Below the pieces are notes generated by a model, which was not told the origin of the DNA, did no database searches, and was given only the letters and a program-made list of their open reading frames with translations. Below, piece after piece: positions 51,051 to 64,000 of a stretch of 64,000 bases of DNA. Source of the stretch: Utricularia gibba (lineage: Eukaryota > Plantae > Magnoliophyta); the NCBI GenBank assembly GCA_002189035.1, contig CM007990.1, positions 2,790,001 through 2,854,000 on the forward strand, in the 5' to 3' direction. The translations under genes were made by a program, and so were the position numbers. Every line of letters begins with the position of its first letter. The stretch's first letter is position 1.

Positions 51051-52819
51051 TCACACTTCATCATTAATTCTAAACCTTCGTTTCTGGTACATCCTCCGGT
51101 AAACTCTTTCTCCTTGGGATTCAGCATGGATCTCTCTCTCTGTCCGTATGCCCATCGGATTATGCATCAGCCATCCTTCTTCGTCACAAACCCCACTCAC
51201 AAGGCTACCAAAGTCCTCAAGCTCATCAGATTCAGCATCAAAATACTCTCTCATTTGAAATGCCACTTCCAAGACATCAGATTGTATGAAGACCTGCACA
51301 AACATGATTCCCATATCATGGATTTGGCTCTCCAACCACTAGAAGGCATCCAGAGTTTATACCTTTCCTCCAGGATCTAGGTGTTGTATAATGGATTTCA
51401 CCAACGGCATTTGGACAACTCTTCTTTTGTGGTGCTTCTTCTTGAAATGAGGATCTGGGCACTATAAAAGCCGAACTAATATCATGCTTTTCTCCAAGAG
51501 AATGCCAGTCAATTCCGACTTTTAGACAGTTCTAATCTAATTAGAAGAATACATAATAAAAACACGTACTAGTATAGATACTAAAACCAAAGCACCAGGA
51601 TATGTCGATACAAGCTTTTGGAATGAGACTGCTGCATTTGCAAAAATAAAATGTCTGCAATAATGTGTATATTAGCCCAGCTCTAAAACTGGAAATGCAA
51701 GAAACAGTAACAAATTCTTACATATTCCTTAACGCCAGTTCATTTCTCCAATACTCTGCACGGGTTACCAGCTACAGATTCAGGAAATGCAAGAGAAAAA
51801 AAAAAAGTCATCAGCATCTCTCAAAATCCAACAGATGTTAACACTGTTTAAACATTGAGGACTTTCATGTTGGAAAAGCACATTAAAAGACCCTCAAGCC
51901 ATAAAAGTCTAAGAAGCACTTCCACACATATGGAGCTTCTTGTAACAAGACAAAATTATCTTACACATACTTTTGGGCGAATTTCCAGTCCCAAATAATT
52001 CATGGTCCCAGGGTCTCTCTTAGCCAGCCACAATAAAAATCTGCCGCTTCCTGCAATTGAAGTAACAGAAGTGAATAGAAATGAGTTCGCATATTTCATG
52101 CAAGGTATATGCATGAATGCAAGACAAGCTTATTTTTTGTTACTCATTGAGTGCTCGACAAATATACTCTTATTCCATCATCAACCTGAAGAATGCAACC
52201 CTAAACGTAACCGTGAACATCCATAACCGAATATGTATGCAAGCTCACGAGCTCCATTTACAAACACGAGAACAGGAAGCAAGTACATCCAAGTGCTTAT
52301 TACCACAACCAATATCCACCATCAGAGGCAATGTGGCATCAGCATAAACAACATTCCAATCTGGAACTTCCGCAGGAATCTGTAGATAAATAGAATTCAT
52401 TAACAATGAGAAAACAATGTAAACAAAAATTAGAACAGGATCATACACCGTACACACCCCGAAACAGAAAATTTACCATGAGAGCGGAGCGAAGAGGATT
52501 AACATGCTGCCGGATTCTAACATGCCCAACCTCCTGGAAAACAAATCAAGTAAAACCATGAAAAAAAAACTAAAAAAAATTGAAAGAAATTCGACGATTG
52601 GACCCGTACCGGGCAGAAGTTGTTGGAAATGCTGAGTTCGGAGTACTCCATGGCGACAAGCTCAGGGCTTGGAATTTGCTGGTGTCCGTTGGATTCAGAT
52701 CGAGCTAGCACGGGGAGAACCACTGCACTACAATGTGCAGAGCGGCGGCGCATTGCAGCAGAGAATGAAGGCAGCAGTTTAGTGGTCGCAACCGAGAGCG
52801 AGAGCAGAAATTCAGCCAT
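51051..52819 (-). CDS. trmB: tRNA (guanine-N7)-methyltransferase, TrmB family (At5g17660-like), 8 exons, probable organellar transit peptide
   Basis: Spliced translation: EVGHVRIRQHVNPL, VDIGCGSGRF, NYLGLEIRPK, IHFIFANA, CPDPHFKKKHHKRRVV, VFIQSDV, TEREI; ATG at 52819; GT-AG introns. Confidence 0.93.
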
Positions 52820-53199
52820 CGTCAGAAAATGGTGAGTTGCCACCCAAAGCAGGTCCCTCTCCTCTCGAGCAGTCTCTATTCTACCCTAATCATAATTGTC
52901 TAAATTACTGTTGTGGTTCGATTAGGAAAATGTATCATGAGTCGACTCGTGGTTTTAATTCAATTTTATTAAAAAAATAAATAGATAAAAATAATTAAAA
53001 ATCTATTTTCCATACCCATCATTTTTATTCTTGAGAAAAAATTGAAAACAATAATTAGTCTAATTATTGTTCATCTTCCCTTGTCTCCACAGTTTTCAAT
53101 GTTGTTGTTTTTCAAAAAAATTTTGTTTCAAATCAGATTTATAGAAGTTAAAACTTTATTTTTTCAAAGTTCAAACATATTAACCATTAATTTACTCAA

Positions 53200-53760
53200 A
53201 AATGAATATGCAGATATTCCAAATGTACAGGAGTAAGATGAAACTTTGTCAAGTAGCATTGAAGCTGATTGTGACACAAATGAAAATGCAGATATAGTTC
53301 CCTAAGGTTCCAAAAAGAAATAGAGAAAAAGTGGAAAGATTGAATGAGGTGATCATTTCATTAACGGATAATGAAAAAAAAAATGTAAATATTGTGTCAA
53401 GATATGTTCACCCAAAAAGTAATGAAATATATAATTTATTACATCATGTTAAAGCTAAGCATTTGAATAAATTATTAAGTTATTCTATTTAGTCTTAATT
53501 AAATGTGGTTGATGGTAGCATAATTGGTTGTTTGTTTTTTATTTACATAAGGTACAAGTTAATTTAGTGTTTTATTTAATTTGTAGTGAATAATCTTTTG
53601 ATGTTGTTGAGAATCCTCATTTTCATGATTTAGTTTATAGTTGATTGCAACCATGCTTTGTTCCTATTTTTATAAAGAAAGCTCGCAAAATTATTTTAGA
53701 ACAATTAAGTAAACAACAAAAAGAAATTGATTTTATTTTTTCTTTTAAAATGTAAGTTTT
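53200..53760 (+). pseudogene. hAT transposase N-terminal relic (BED zinc finger)
   Basis: DHF..KKCKYCVK..LLHHVKAKH then SFDVVENPHF..LQPCFVP, broken by stops and frameshifts. Confidence 0.5.
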
Positions 53761-53999
53761 ATTTAACTTGTGATGATTGAAGAAAAATCAATTAGATTTT
53801 ACTTAATAAAATTAACAAAATTTCATCTTATTCTCTAAATTTTTTTAATAATTTTATAGCATAATTTATTTATTTTATAAAGAAAATTGTTTGAGTTCTT
53901 TCAATTTCATAGTTTTCTATTACAATAAGTTCATCATAAAAATCCTTATTTCATTTTACTGTTTTTCATAATAACCAGATCGAAACCATTAAAATCAGC

Positions 54000-54700
54000 A
54001 ACTCAGATCTGTAGAACATCTAAGTCAACCCGTATAAAGCAAGATACCGATTTTCAACCTCAATAGGTTAAATAATTCGAACAACTTATTTATGAGAAAG
54101 ACTCAACAAGGTGAGCAACTTCATTGATGGATATCTCCCCTCTAGACATGTTATGTTGACAATCATCTAGAGAATTTTCTTTCCCAAAGTAAGATTGAAC
54201 CCACAGCCAAATTAGTAATTGGTTAGGGTTTAAGGGACTAGTTTTACGAGAAAGAAACTTAACCCTGAATCCTTACTAAAAATCCCTCACTTAACCTTGG
54301 GGTTCCATACACAGCTATGTTAATCAGATGGTTGAAGAAAGGAGTTAACCTAATAACGAATCCACCTAATAAGGGTCATTAAAGACCAACATAGCATGGT
54401 CTTTCTCCCAACATCCAAATAATGGGCATTCGAGATGGCATTGGGTTAGTGACTTTTCCCTAAATGGAATAAAATATCAGTGCTTTCTGAAGATATGGTC
54501 ATGATAGATGGTGAAAGGGATTATTCTTGTAATTACCTTTTTCGATAAGTATATAAACAAGGATCCACCATAGTTGCTATGTTGCATTCCCTTTAATGAA
54601 GTGAAGTACTCTTCCTAACTGGACCTCTTGAGATGCAATGCTAATATGGTTCATTTTTCTCGGACTTTTAGGCTATAGGCTTCATTGGAAAAACCCAAAA
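54000..54700 (+). pseudogene. Very degraded gypsy RT fragment
   Basis: LNEVKYSS*LDL near 54595-54630 resembles L.GA.YFSKLDL; otherwise poorly conserved. Confidence 0.25.
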
Positions 54701-54880
54701 ATAGTCATCAATCCTCACAAGAAACTCAATAGGGTATTAGTAATGTTCCAAATGTTATGAGATCTACATGTTTTTTCGTGATGTAAATGTAATAATGAAT
54801 GACTTGAGGTTTTGGAAAAGCAATAAATAAGACGAACAAGATGGTAACCTAAGAAAATTGAAAAAAGTCATGGGTACTCT

Positions 54881-55403
54881 TAGGGGTGTAATCAAGCCAT
54901 GTGCTCGGCTCGACTCACCCACCTTCATATTGACCTCGAGCCAAGCTCGAGCTCGGACCGAGGCTGACAACCTGTGCTCGAGCTCGAGCTCGAGTAGGCT
55001 AGAACCTTAGGGTTTAGTTACCCTAAACTTGGCTCGAGCCTGAGGAGGCTCGAGTTACGGCTTAGTTAATGCCCCTGCACACTTTGTTAGAGTTGTAATA
55101 GATGAGAGAATATAATGCATTAATTAATGTTGTAGATTCTGTTCCAAAATTATTTTTTTTATTATGAAAAAAAATATATAAATTAGGAATTTTTTATAAA
55201 TCTCTAAATCTTTAATTATTTGAATCGAGCCTTGAGCCATCGAGCCGAGCCCATGCTTGATCGAGCTCGACCCGATTACGTAAATCAAGCTCGGTTGGTG
55301 GATTGAGCTCGAGCTCAGACTCGTGCAAATCAAATTCGGGCCAAGCTTTTACTGAGCCGAGCTTCGGACCGCTTGATCAAAGCCCGGCCCGATTACACCC
55401 TTA
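54881..55403. mobile_element. hAT-family MITE (523 bp)
   Basis: 13-bp TIR TAGGGGTGTAATC / GATTACACCCTTA (1 mismatch); 8-bp TSD GGTACTCT / GGTACTCA; dense subterminal GAGCTCG/GAGCC motifs. Confidence 0.88.
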
Positions 55404-56553
55404 GGTACTCATACCCACAAATTAAATCGCCCAAGGAACATGAAGAAAGTTCAAAAAGTTACAAAAACTAAAGGTGTTTCTTCGTATAGATGTTTGTGTG
55501 TGTCTTTTGAAAATGTTTAAAGGTTTTAATGCAGCAGAAATGTAAATGTATACCAAAAATCAATGACTCAAGAATGCTTTGTTAGAATCAAACCAAAGAT
55601 GATGATCTTTCTAAAAACACATCATTTTAGAGAGCATTTAAATAATCTCCATTTTTCTCAATCAATGGGACATCAAGAGAAGGTTCGACGTTTTGTGGGG
55701 ATTATGACACCTCTATTTATAGAGTCAAGAATTTTTATTTAGCCCATCATTAAATGAAAATTGCACATTAGTCCCTACATAATAATCAACACAACCACCT
55801 AAAAACCTTCTTATAAAATTATTCAATTTAGCTATTTTACATTATCCAAATAATAATAATAATAAATTGATGGCTTTATTATTATTTGGATTAATTAAAA
55901 CATTTAATACATAATAATATACATATAGGCCCTTGAATTAGAATAAATTCTACATCTTTTACCAAAAGTTGTGGCTGGTATTTCTCTTCTTCTTACTTCC
56001 TTGTATAAGTACCAAAAGAGAGTGAAATTTGACGTGACTTTCCTCATTTGCTTCCTGCTTTTACTGCGATATGCACCCCCTATTTTCAGAAATTTTTCCG
56101 ACCTCAAACAATGTGAAATGATTTCAATCCAATGTGGTCTTACAACGTGTTTGAATGAGTAGCCGCCACTTGTCAATCTCCTCACCATAGGCTAGAGGTC
56201 TTCTTTGGAAACCTCCTTGTTGGACACTCGGGCTTAATCCGACATGTAGAAGGAGATTGAGAGATTATTTTCCCTTGTTTGAGTCTTCTGATCTCTTCAG
56301 GGTAGGGATTTATCCTTAATCCCAACCTATGAGAAGGAATTAAATTTTCATATCAATAACATGCAACATAATCGACTCTGAAGTAAATAAAAAAGGAAAT
56401 CTGCTAAAATGAAAAGAGAATCAGAAATGCAATTGTCTTCAAACTTGAGCTTATATAAAGGAAATTTTTAAATATTCTATTAAATTTATTTGATGGGATT
56501 AAATCAAATGTTTAGAACTCTTCTAAAATTCTTTGTTATTTCTTTTAATTGAT

Positions 56554-57700
56554 TGATGACTTGGACAAAATCTTGATGTTTCTTATCACTTGTGATTATA
56601 ATTCTGCAAGTGCACAGAAACCGTCGAAATAATAAAATAAGATCGTATCCACAAGGAATTGTTATTGGAATTTTCTTTTCAAACAAAGACTGAAAAAAGG
56701 ACGAAAAGAAAGATTTAGTTTTAAAAACAATAAGAAAATTGGCTTTGGATCCAGTACTCACTTTACTTGAAACTCGCCCTTGCGTGTGTGCAAACCTTGT
56801 ATAAGTAGTGCTACTCGGTGACCGTTATAGCACCGTCCCTTGTTTTGTAGGATTATGGAATCAACCACGCCACTAGAGCCATTTCACCTCTTTTGATAAC
56901 CCATATTTTCCCCACACCCAAATCTAACCCCTACACCTCATACCTCACAGACAAATTAGACAGAATGTGCCTTACCAACGATGTCCGATTGAGTCATTCT
57001 CCTTAGGTGCTTGAGGCCAACCTTTGATTCTCTCACACTCACTTCGGGTTATGTGATACTAAAGAATACGTTGATAAAGAAAACGTTGCGAAAAACAGAA
57101 TCAAACCTCAATTTAAATATCGAAAAACATAGTAAAACAATCAAACGCGTAGGACTTGTGCAAGCAAGGCTTCACCGCAGATCCTCAGTCGCAAGCGCCT
57201 ACACGTGCAGACTTAACTCTAACATGAAAATAGACACGAAAATAGGAAAGATACAAAGAAAAAGTGGTCAAAGACGTCTCTAATGGTTGAGAGAATGATG
57301 TATTTATAGTAGAGTAGATCCAAGTCTTCGTATTGAGTTTATTTGATGAGCTTGGATAAGATCTTCTATCCAAATCTTTTATTCAAATCTTTAAAGATCT
57401 TCTTCATATGTCTATCGTATCCATGAATCTTGAACCAAATCTTCATTTTTTGATTGAGTCTTGGGTTGAGATTCGTGGCCCATCAAGTCCATAATTTGGT
57501 GGGTCTTGATTTCTCCTCAAATTGATCCAAAAGTACTTTAAAAATCCACAAAATATACTTTCTCTTCAAAAAAAATCAAAGTAGTGTGAAAGATGCAAAA
57601 TCCATTGAGAATAATGAGAAAGTAGGGTCTAATATAAGTAAAAATAACACTCAAGAGTAGTAAAAGAACATGTTTTGGAACGACACAAAATCACCTATCA
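56554..57700 (-). mobile_element. Solo or orphan Athila-type LTR (~1.15 kb)
   Basis: TGATAGG...TCATCA termini on the minus strand; tgcaagtgcacag..gatcgtatccacaagg end motif; no clean TSD. Confidence 0.55.
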
Positions 57701-58196
57701 ACTTGAGCTTGTGTACTCTTTAAATCATGAATCATGAATCATTCATCTTCGATCCTCTCAAATTTAAATTGAAATTATACTAAAAACCACAAAATGCATT
57801 TTCAAAAGCATTAGATCAATATAAAACAACCATAAAGTAATGAGAAAGGTGAACTCAAACTAAAACAATCTTAAAGAACATAAAAAATTATAATTTAAAT
57901 TAACAAAAGAATACTTAGTATAAGCCATTAATTTTTATGTTATTTTATCTCCCACTTAATTTTTTTGTGAAAATTAAAAAATACACAAATCCCTACAACA
58001 ATATTTATTTCATACTTCATTTTACAGAAAAAATCAAACCACGACAACAAGCCTCGATGTTAATACTTCTAAATTATTGATACGAAACGAAATTACTAAT
58101 AACAACGTTGTTTGTTAATAATACAAAATTTTAAATGAGGAGAGAAAGACGGTGAAAAGTAGCGTCCACCTGATATGGCAGCCAGGAATCGCAATG

Positions 58197-61092
58197 CTAC
58201 GCATCACCTGAAACTTCCGCTTCCCAACTCCCAGCAGCCACGTCATCCATGTTCGACGAATGATCATATTTACAAGCTGGTCCCAACTTGCAGATTCCGT
58301 ACCGGTAATAGAACTTGCAGATTGGCTTATCCTGCCACAAACCAACGCAGTAGGAGGCTGGATTATCATTTGCTCAAGGAAACACTGCATCTTAAGCAAC
58401 TTCTTTTAGCACTTTTTGCTTTAATCTACATTTCTATTCAAAAGCCAAACGCCGGCAGCTACCCTAGAGAAGTAAACGCTAGCCAAACACTCCTGTTTCA
58501 CTATTTCCTTCAACTACACAACAATCCCAGGTTACCAATCCAAAATACTCAGTTTCAACTGAATTGAAAACGGAAAAACGGAATGGTAACAACTTACAGG
58601 TCTAAGAGGTAGGCCTTTCTCATTTACAGAAGATGTATTTGGCATGAGCCTGGGCCTTGAGATGCGATTCTTGGGATGATGAAACTTACATTTAGACTTG
58701 TATTTGCAGTCTCCAGTTTTCATGAAGAAGCTGCATTCTTGTTCGCCAGGACGTTCAGGGTATTCTTCAAATAAATTATTATGCCACAGCTGTAGAGGGA
58801 AGTACATCCCTGCTGACACAGCACCATCCATGGAAAATGCAGGAGGTATGGGCAAGCCACTCTCATAGGTGGACTTTGCATCCTAGGATGGAGGAAACTG
58901 CTTTGTTCAGCCAAAAAGATGTGGAAAGACAAGTGAAGGACTAATGATTTAACCAAAATGTACATATACTCCCTAAGTCTAGCAAACAACAGCTGCAGGT
59001 CCACCGGTATCTTCACCCTGCTATCCGTGACTCTAACTCATGCTAGTGAAGTGTTTGGTAAAATAACATTTATGAACCAGAAAAGCAAACTACACTAGTC
59101 ATCTAACATGGTGCTGCATGTGTTTAACACAAATAGCCAAAAGTCTCTCTTTTAACCTGAGCCTCTTTGCCAAAAATTCTAAGTATCAAGTACTCGACAC
59201 TCCGTTGACCAACTCAGGCATAACATTCAAAGAGAGATTTGCCACGAAGGCATTATTGTTATTAATGCATTGGAAGTGACGAAAACTTGACTAATGCCCA
59301 TTCACGAAAAGGGGTCCAGAAAATATGATCTAGTGTACTGATGTGTGCAAAATTAAAAGGTTTTGACCACGCACGCCAAATTGCAAGTGATAAACAGTAC
59401 CTTTTTGCTATTCCACTCTGAAATAGAATTCATCAGAATTTGGGTTTGAGTGGATGATACATACATCGTTTCAGAGCCCTCATAAGGAAAAGTATAGGAC
59501 GTTTGAGGACCCTCATTATTGCAGAATTCAGTAGTAGAGCCATCTGTAAGGATTCCAGCTGGTTCAGGATGATGGAATCTGCAGCTCGCTCCATATTTGC
59601 ATGAGCCAGTGCGCATGTAGTATGGACATTCATTTTCTCCCTGAATAAAAAAAAAAATCACCATCAGTATGACTATACCCAATCATAGGATTAATACAAC
59701 AAAACCTAAATACTAAGGTTTTTGCGATGTTTTCCCAGAAATTGTTGATTTATGTAGCATAGGAGTCGGAATTTCATATCCAAGGAAGTAAGACTATACT
59801 GGTCGAATGGGGAAACCTAGCAAGTTGAACCCCAAAATCTGGCGTGCAAAGCTTCTGTCTGAACCATGAGAATATTTGCATTCCTGCCCATTCCTACATC
59901 CTCCAGTCGTCAAGTAAAACTGCACCAATATATTTAGAACTTATATGATTGCATAAAACAGGGCATCCATATCATAATTCGACAACATCTGCATGAGGAA
60001 AAAAATACTAAAAAATAAAATTAAGGACATTTCCATGGGATGATAATGAAACTCAACTAAGCTGAGAGATGAAAATTGTCCTGATATCGCAATCATTGGT
60101 AACTAGTATAGCCACGCAGTAGACAGATCATAAGAATCATGCAACAGCAACCGCAGGAAGCTCTACCTACCAAGGAATGTATTAAATGATCCAAAAGCAT
60201 GCGTAGTTTCGAATCCAACCAAATGAAGTGTTTTCTGTCATCATGTAGGAACAACTACAATGATCCCTTACGTTTCCACATTGAATGCTTTAGTTTTTTT
60301 TATATCGTCGTCAGGAATATTGTCTTCCATTCTTGTTAATCAAAACAATTGCAAGAAGTTTAACCCAAACAAAATGCAAAACCACAAGAACCTTGCATTC
60401 TGCCAGTCCTGCTTTTTCAGAAGGATCACCTTTATATTTAGATCGCTCCTTTAAAACCTACAAAAATGTGTTCAACCAAAGAAGGGGAGGTGGTTGTATC
60501 ATAAATCCTCAAATAAAAATCAAACCTGATTGTGTCTCCCAGGAGGATGATTAAACTTGCAACTTATTCCAAATTTACAAGATCCAAATTTCATATAAAA
60601 CGAACAATCGTCTGCATCAGGTCTAACAGGATGCCCAGTTCCTTTGGCATTTTCTCTGTTTCGCCATGATTTCTTCCTTGCATCACTACGTTGGCTTCCC
60701 CCATTCTCACCATTGCATAGTTCACTTCCTTTTTTATCCCCAAGAACTACTGAAGCTTCCGTTGCCTCCCGGTACCCAATAAGATCTTGTCTTGCTCTTC
60801 CTGCATCCTTCGCACGCTCCTTACAACAATTAGCCACCAATCCCTGGCAGGTTGCCTCAACTTGAAGATCCTTCCCCACAGTGGATGCGGCGGCACCTTC
60901 TTTCGCCGTAGAAGGGGCTTCAGTGTCCTTATTTGAAGCGTTCCGTGATGACTTGGAGCATTTAGACTCCAAAAAGTGACGGATAAGCTCCATGGGACCG
61001 GGAGGTCCCTGTTTAGCGACCATCAGCATCCCTAGATCTTCAATTGTAGGATTCTGAGGGGGCGACAATGGAGATGAGGAATCCATTCCCAT
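58197..61092 (-). CDS. CCCH zinc-finger protein with five C-x8-C-x5-C-x3-H fingers (C3H43/C3H67-like), multi-exon
   Basis: Fingers [100 protein letters not shown] with P.RP lead-ins; stop at 58197-58199; start codon uncertain. Confidence 0.9.
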
Positions 61093-62778
61093 GATTTTCT
61101 CGCATCCCAACCCCCAGCCCTAATGAATTCCTGAGGGAAAGCATACAGGCAATCCCTCTTCCAAGAGGGGGAGAAATGCTCCAACAATAAAAATGAAATG
61201 CTTTAGACTACTAAAAATGGAAATCCAATGAAAAACAAAAATAATTAATTATAATGGCGTTTGAAAGGTGGGTTTAATTTATCTATTGTCATGATACATA
61301 GCTTTGGTGTCTCCTAGAGATACTTTACATTGAAAATGCATTCTAAGGTGACTTTGGTGTGCACTCAATACTTTGTCTTCAAGATATGCCCATAGACAAC
61401 TTGTATGCGCCTAAAAACAGCTTTGTCATAAAATACACCCGAAGTCAACTTTCATATGCGGCAAGAGGTGGCTTTGTCTTGAAAATTTACATCAAGGTAG
61501 CTGTTTGATAACACATATGTTGTTAATAATTTTATGTTATAATATTGACGTGTTTAATAGTTAAATCATTTATGTTATTTATTATTATTTGCATGTTTAA
61601 CTGTAGACTAAAGCAACCATTTAGTCCATCTTATATTTTCTAATGTTTTGTAAGTGTTAAAAATAATATTATAGAACAAATCATATCTAATTTATACGCA
61701 TAAAATCTGTGGATCATGACATATGAGAAAAGGGATATGATAAATTTACTTAGTCACCAAGAGTTCTTAGGTTTAGGTTAGGAGAAGTACATAGTGCATA
61801 AAAGTAAAGATATTTTAGAAAAATAGAAAAACAAGAAAAAAAAATGTATTATTGACAAACGAAAAATATTGCAATGTCGTTAATTTGCAAATTTTCCTAT
61901 CAAATAAAATTTATAAATCTAATTCACATCAAATCGTATGAAAAATATGATCATAGTGGACTAGAATCAAACACAAAGAGCTAATTGCTTGCTATGTGAA
62001 AATCAATGGATGCAATTAGTGTCACGTTAATAGATTTGGTCTTAATTAGGATTAAGACAGAATTGTAATAGAATACAGTAAAAAAAATAACAAACTTCTA
62101 AACTCGGATGTTCCTGGAATGAAATGAGTGATGCCTTGAGACTTTTAGGATATGCATGCTTATCATTAAACACACTCACACAAACCATAAATCAAGCAAC
62201 TAAAAAACAAAGTCTAGGTCTATCCGGACTTTTGTTTCCCCCCTAATCTTTTATCTACCACTAATTAGGATTGTTAAGATAGGTTTCACTACTTCCCTCT
62301 CCTGGATCTATCTTGGCTTGTTAAGGAAGTGGTGTGATCTATGATTACCAAGGTCAAATAATTGATTAGCACATTATACCCTTTGGCCCCAAAGCACTCC
62401 TCACACTTAGCCACTTATAACAAGGGAAAGGAAAATATTTTCATAGCATATCCTAAGCAACATTCTGATCTCAAAATTAAACAACAACAAACAGTGCATA
62501 ACAGAAATAGAAAAGACAAATGGTTCATGCAGTAAAGCTAAAACTAGTCTCAACTAGGAACAGTGTTAATCAAGAATAAAAAAAAGCTTCAAAGAGAAAC
62601 TGGTTCTTCTAGGTCATCGTCCCCTTCCTTCTTCTTCCCCCCCCCCCCCAGAAAAATTCTCCAGAAAGCTATGTCGTGTGCGACTACATTGTTCATATCC
62701 GGCTCCTTGGGATTTGTGTTTCCGACATGTGCTGCATTGCTCAAAGAAAACTATAAGAAGTAAGGTTGGGACTAAATC

Positions 62779-62992
62779 GATTTAGTCCCAATTAAGACTA
62801 AAATAACATTATGGTACTATGCGCAAAAATATAGAACTAGGCAGTAAAACTTAATTTTTGTAATACAATATGAGTCATTTACTTGGATTTAGTTCCAATT
62901 AAGACTAAAATAACATTATGGTACTATACGCAAAAATATAGAATTAGCCAGTAAAACTTAATTTTTGTAGCACAATATGAGTCATTTACTTG
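62779..62992. repeat. 107-bp tandem duplication inside the LTR
   Basis: gatttagt.ccaattaagactaaaataacattatggtactat...tgagtcatttacttg at 62779 and 62886. Confidence 0.95.
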
Positions 62993-63036
62993 TATTCAAT
63001 CACTCAAAAATATGTGTTATCACATTATGCTACAAC

Positions 63037-63395
63037 TGTGATTGCGACTCGGGTTTCAAAATTGGATCGGTGGAGGACCTATCCAATTTTGAAACCAGTT
63101 TAACCGGTCAAACTCCGAGTTTGACCAGTCAATATATATATAAATATATTTATATTTATATTAAATGAAATTTCATATTATTATTATATAATAACATACA
63201 AATATAATATATTCAATTAGTAAAATATAGAATTTGTGACGTTAAATCTGATTCCCAAAAACCCAAAATACGAAAAAATGATTGATTAAAAAATAATCCT
63301 AAAACAAAATAATCGCTTGGTCGGTTAACCGGCCATAGAAGAAAAACCGGTCAATTGGTTTGACTTCCTAGTTAACCGGCCGAGTCACAATCACA
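63037..63395. mobile_element. 359-bp MITE with 16-bp TIR and 10-bp TSD
   Basis: TGTGATTGCGACTCGG / CCGAGTCACAATCACA; ATGCTACAAC at 63027-63036 and 63396-63405; single-copy empty site at 23887-23896. Confidence 0.92.
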
Positions 63396-64000
63396 ATGCT
63401 ACAACGACACTAAACTTGTCCTCAAGTCCTAACTAAGACTAATAGGATGTAAGCAATTGAGGGATTTCCAAACAGCCATGTAGAGACTTGACATTTAGGT
63501 TCAGAATGTAGGAATTGAAAGAGTGCCAATGTGAAAGACGGGTAATCACTCAAGCATACATGTGAATTTCATCAAAATAAGTGTCTTCAAAGATTAAATA
63601 AGCATGACATAGCATGATTGAAACATTTTTTTATCTTACTTGTGCACCAGGAGGGGTCTTGAAAATACACTTGGAGGTGGCTATGTCTTGATGATGTGCC
63701 CACAAGTGGTCTTTGGAGTGCACCTAAGGAGGCAAGGTGTTTGTTTTCTAAGTATTGAATGTTTCTTCCATTACTACATCAAAAACATGTGCAAAGAAGA
63801 GAAGTTAATAGTTGGAAAATGCTACATGTAATAAGGATACTACTAAAAACCATTGCATGATCAACATAGAATGCTTTCATCAGGGAGAATAGCCTTGTTA
63901 TGTGCCCATGAAGTACATTTTTCTTATTATGCTTGGTGTTCGTTTTATACTAAAATGTGATTAGAGCTATCCAATTAGATATAGAACACAAGTTTATAAG

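Larger units (their letters stand above)
61853..64000 (-). mobile_element. Athila-type 3' LTR (~61853-63022) and 3' UTR running off the window
   Basis: 61853-61930 aligns with 23081-23160; 63012-63036 plus 63406-63450 aligns with 23870-23935. Confidence 0.65.

Noticed and set aside
37862-61092. AAE19, trmB and CCCH as a biosynthetic or functional gene cluster
   Set aside because: No shared pathway logic, separated by TE-filled spacers, no tailoring enzymes

Overview
Eukaryotic nuclear DNA from a flowering plant (probably a eudicot): AT-rich, spliced genes, Arabidopsis-type telomere motif, no CRISPR/rRNA/tRNA genes seen. Four intron-containing host genes: F-box/WD40 (16.5-19.3 kb, +), NRPS-like acyl-activating enzyme AAE19 (37.9-45.2 kb, +), TrmB-type tRNA m7G46 methyltransferase (51.1-52.8 kb, -) and a five-finger CCCH protein (58.2-61.1 kb, -). 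They sit among nested transposons: a near-complete Tat/Retand Ty3/gypsy element (6724-15571, -) plus a solo LTR of the same family, a near-complete Ty1/copia (31158-36457, -), Athila remnants including a long env-like ORF, two PIF/Harbinger relics, several solo LTRs and three MITEs. The Tat element is the most interesting object. Its gag core is inverted between 6-bp inverted microhomologies with a templated 10-bp insertion, and reversing the event restores the gag-protease frame. It also carries a TATA-preceded, three-intron antisense gene of about 700 codons. All identifications are from motif recognition and manual alignment; no database searches were run.
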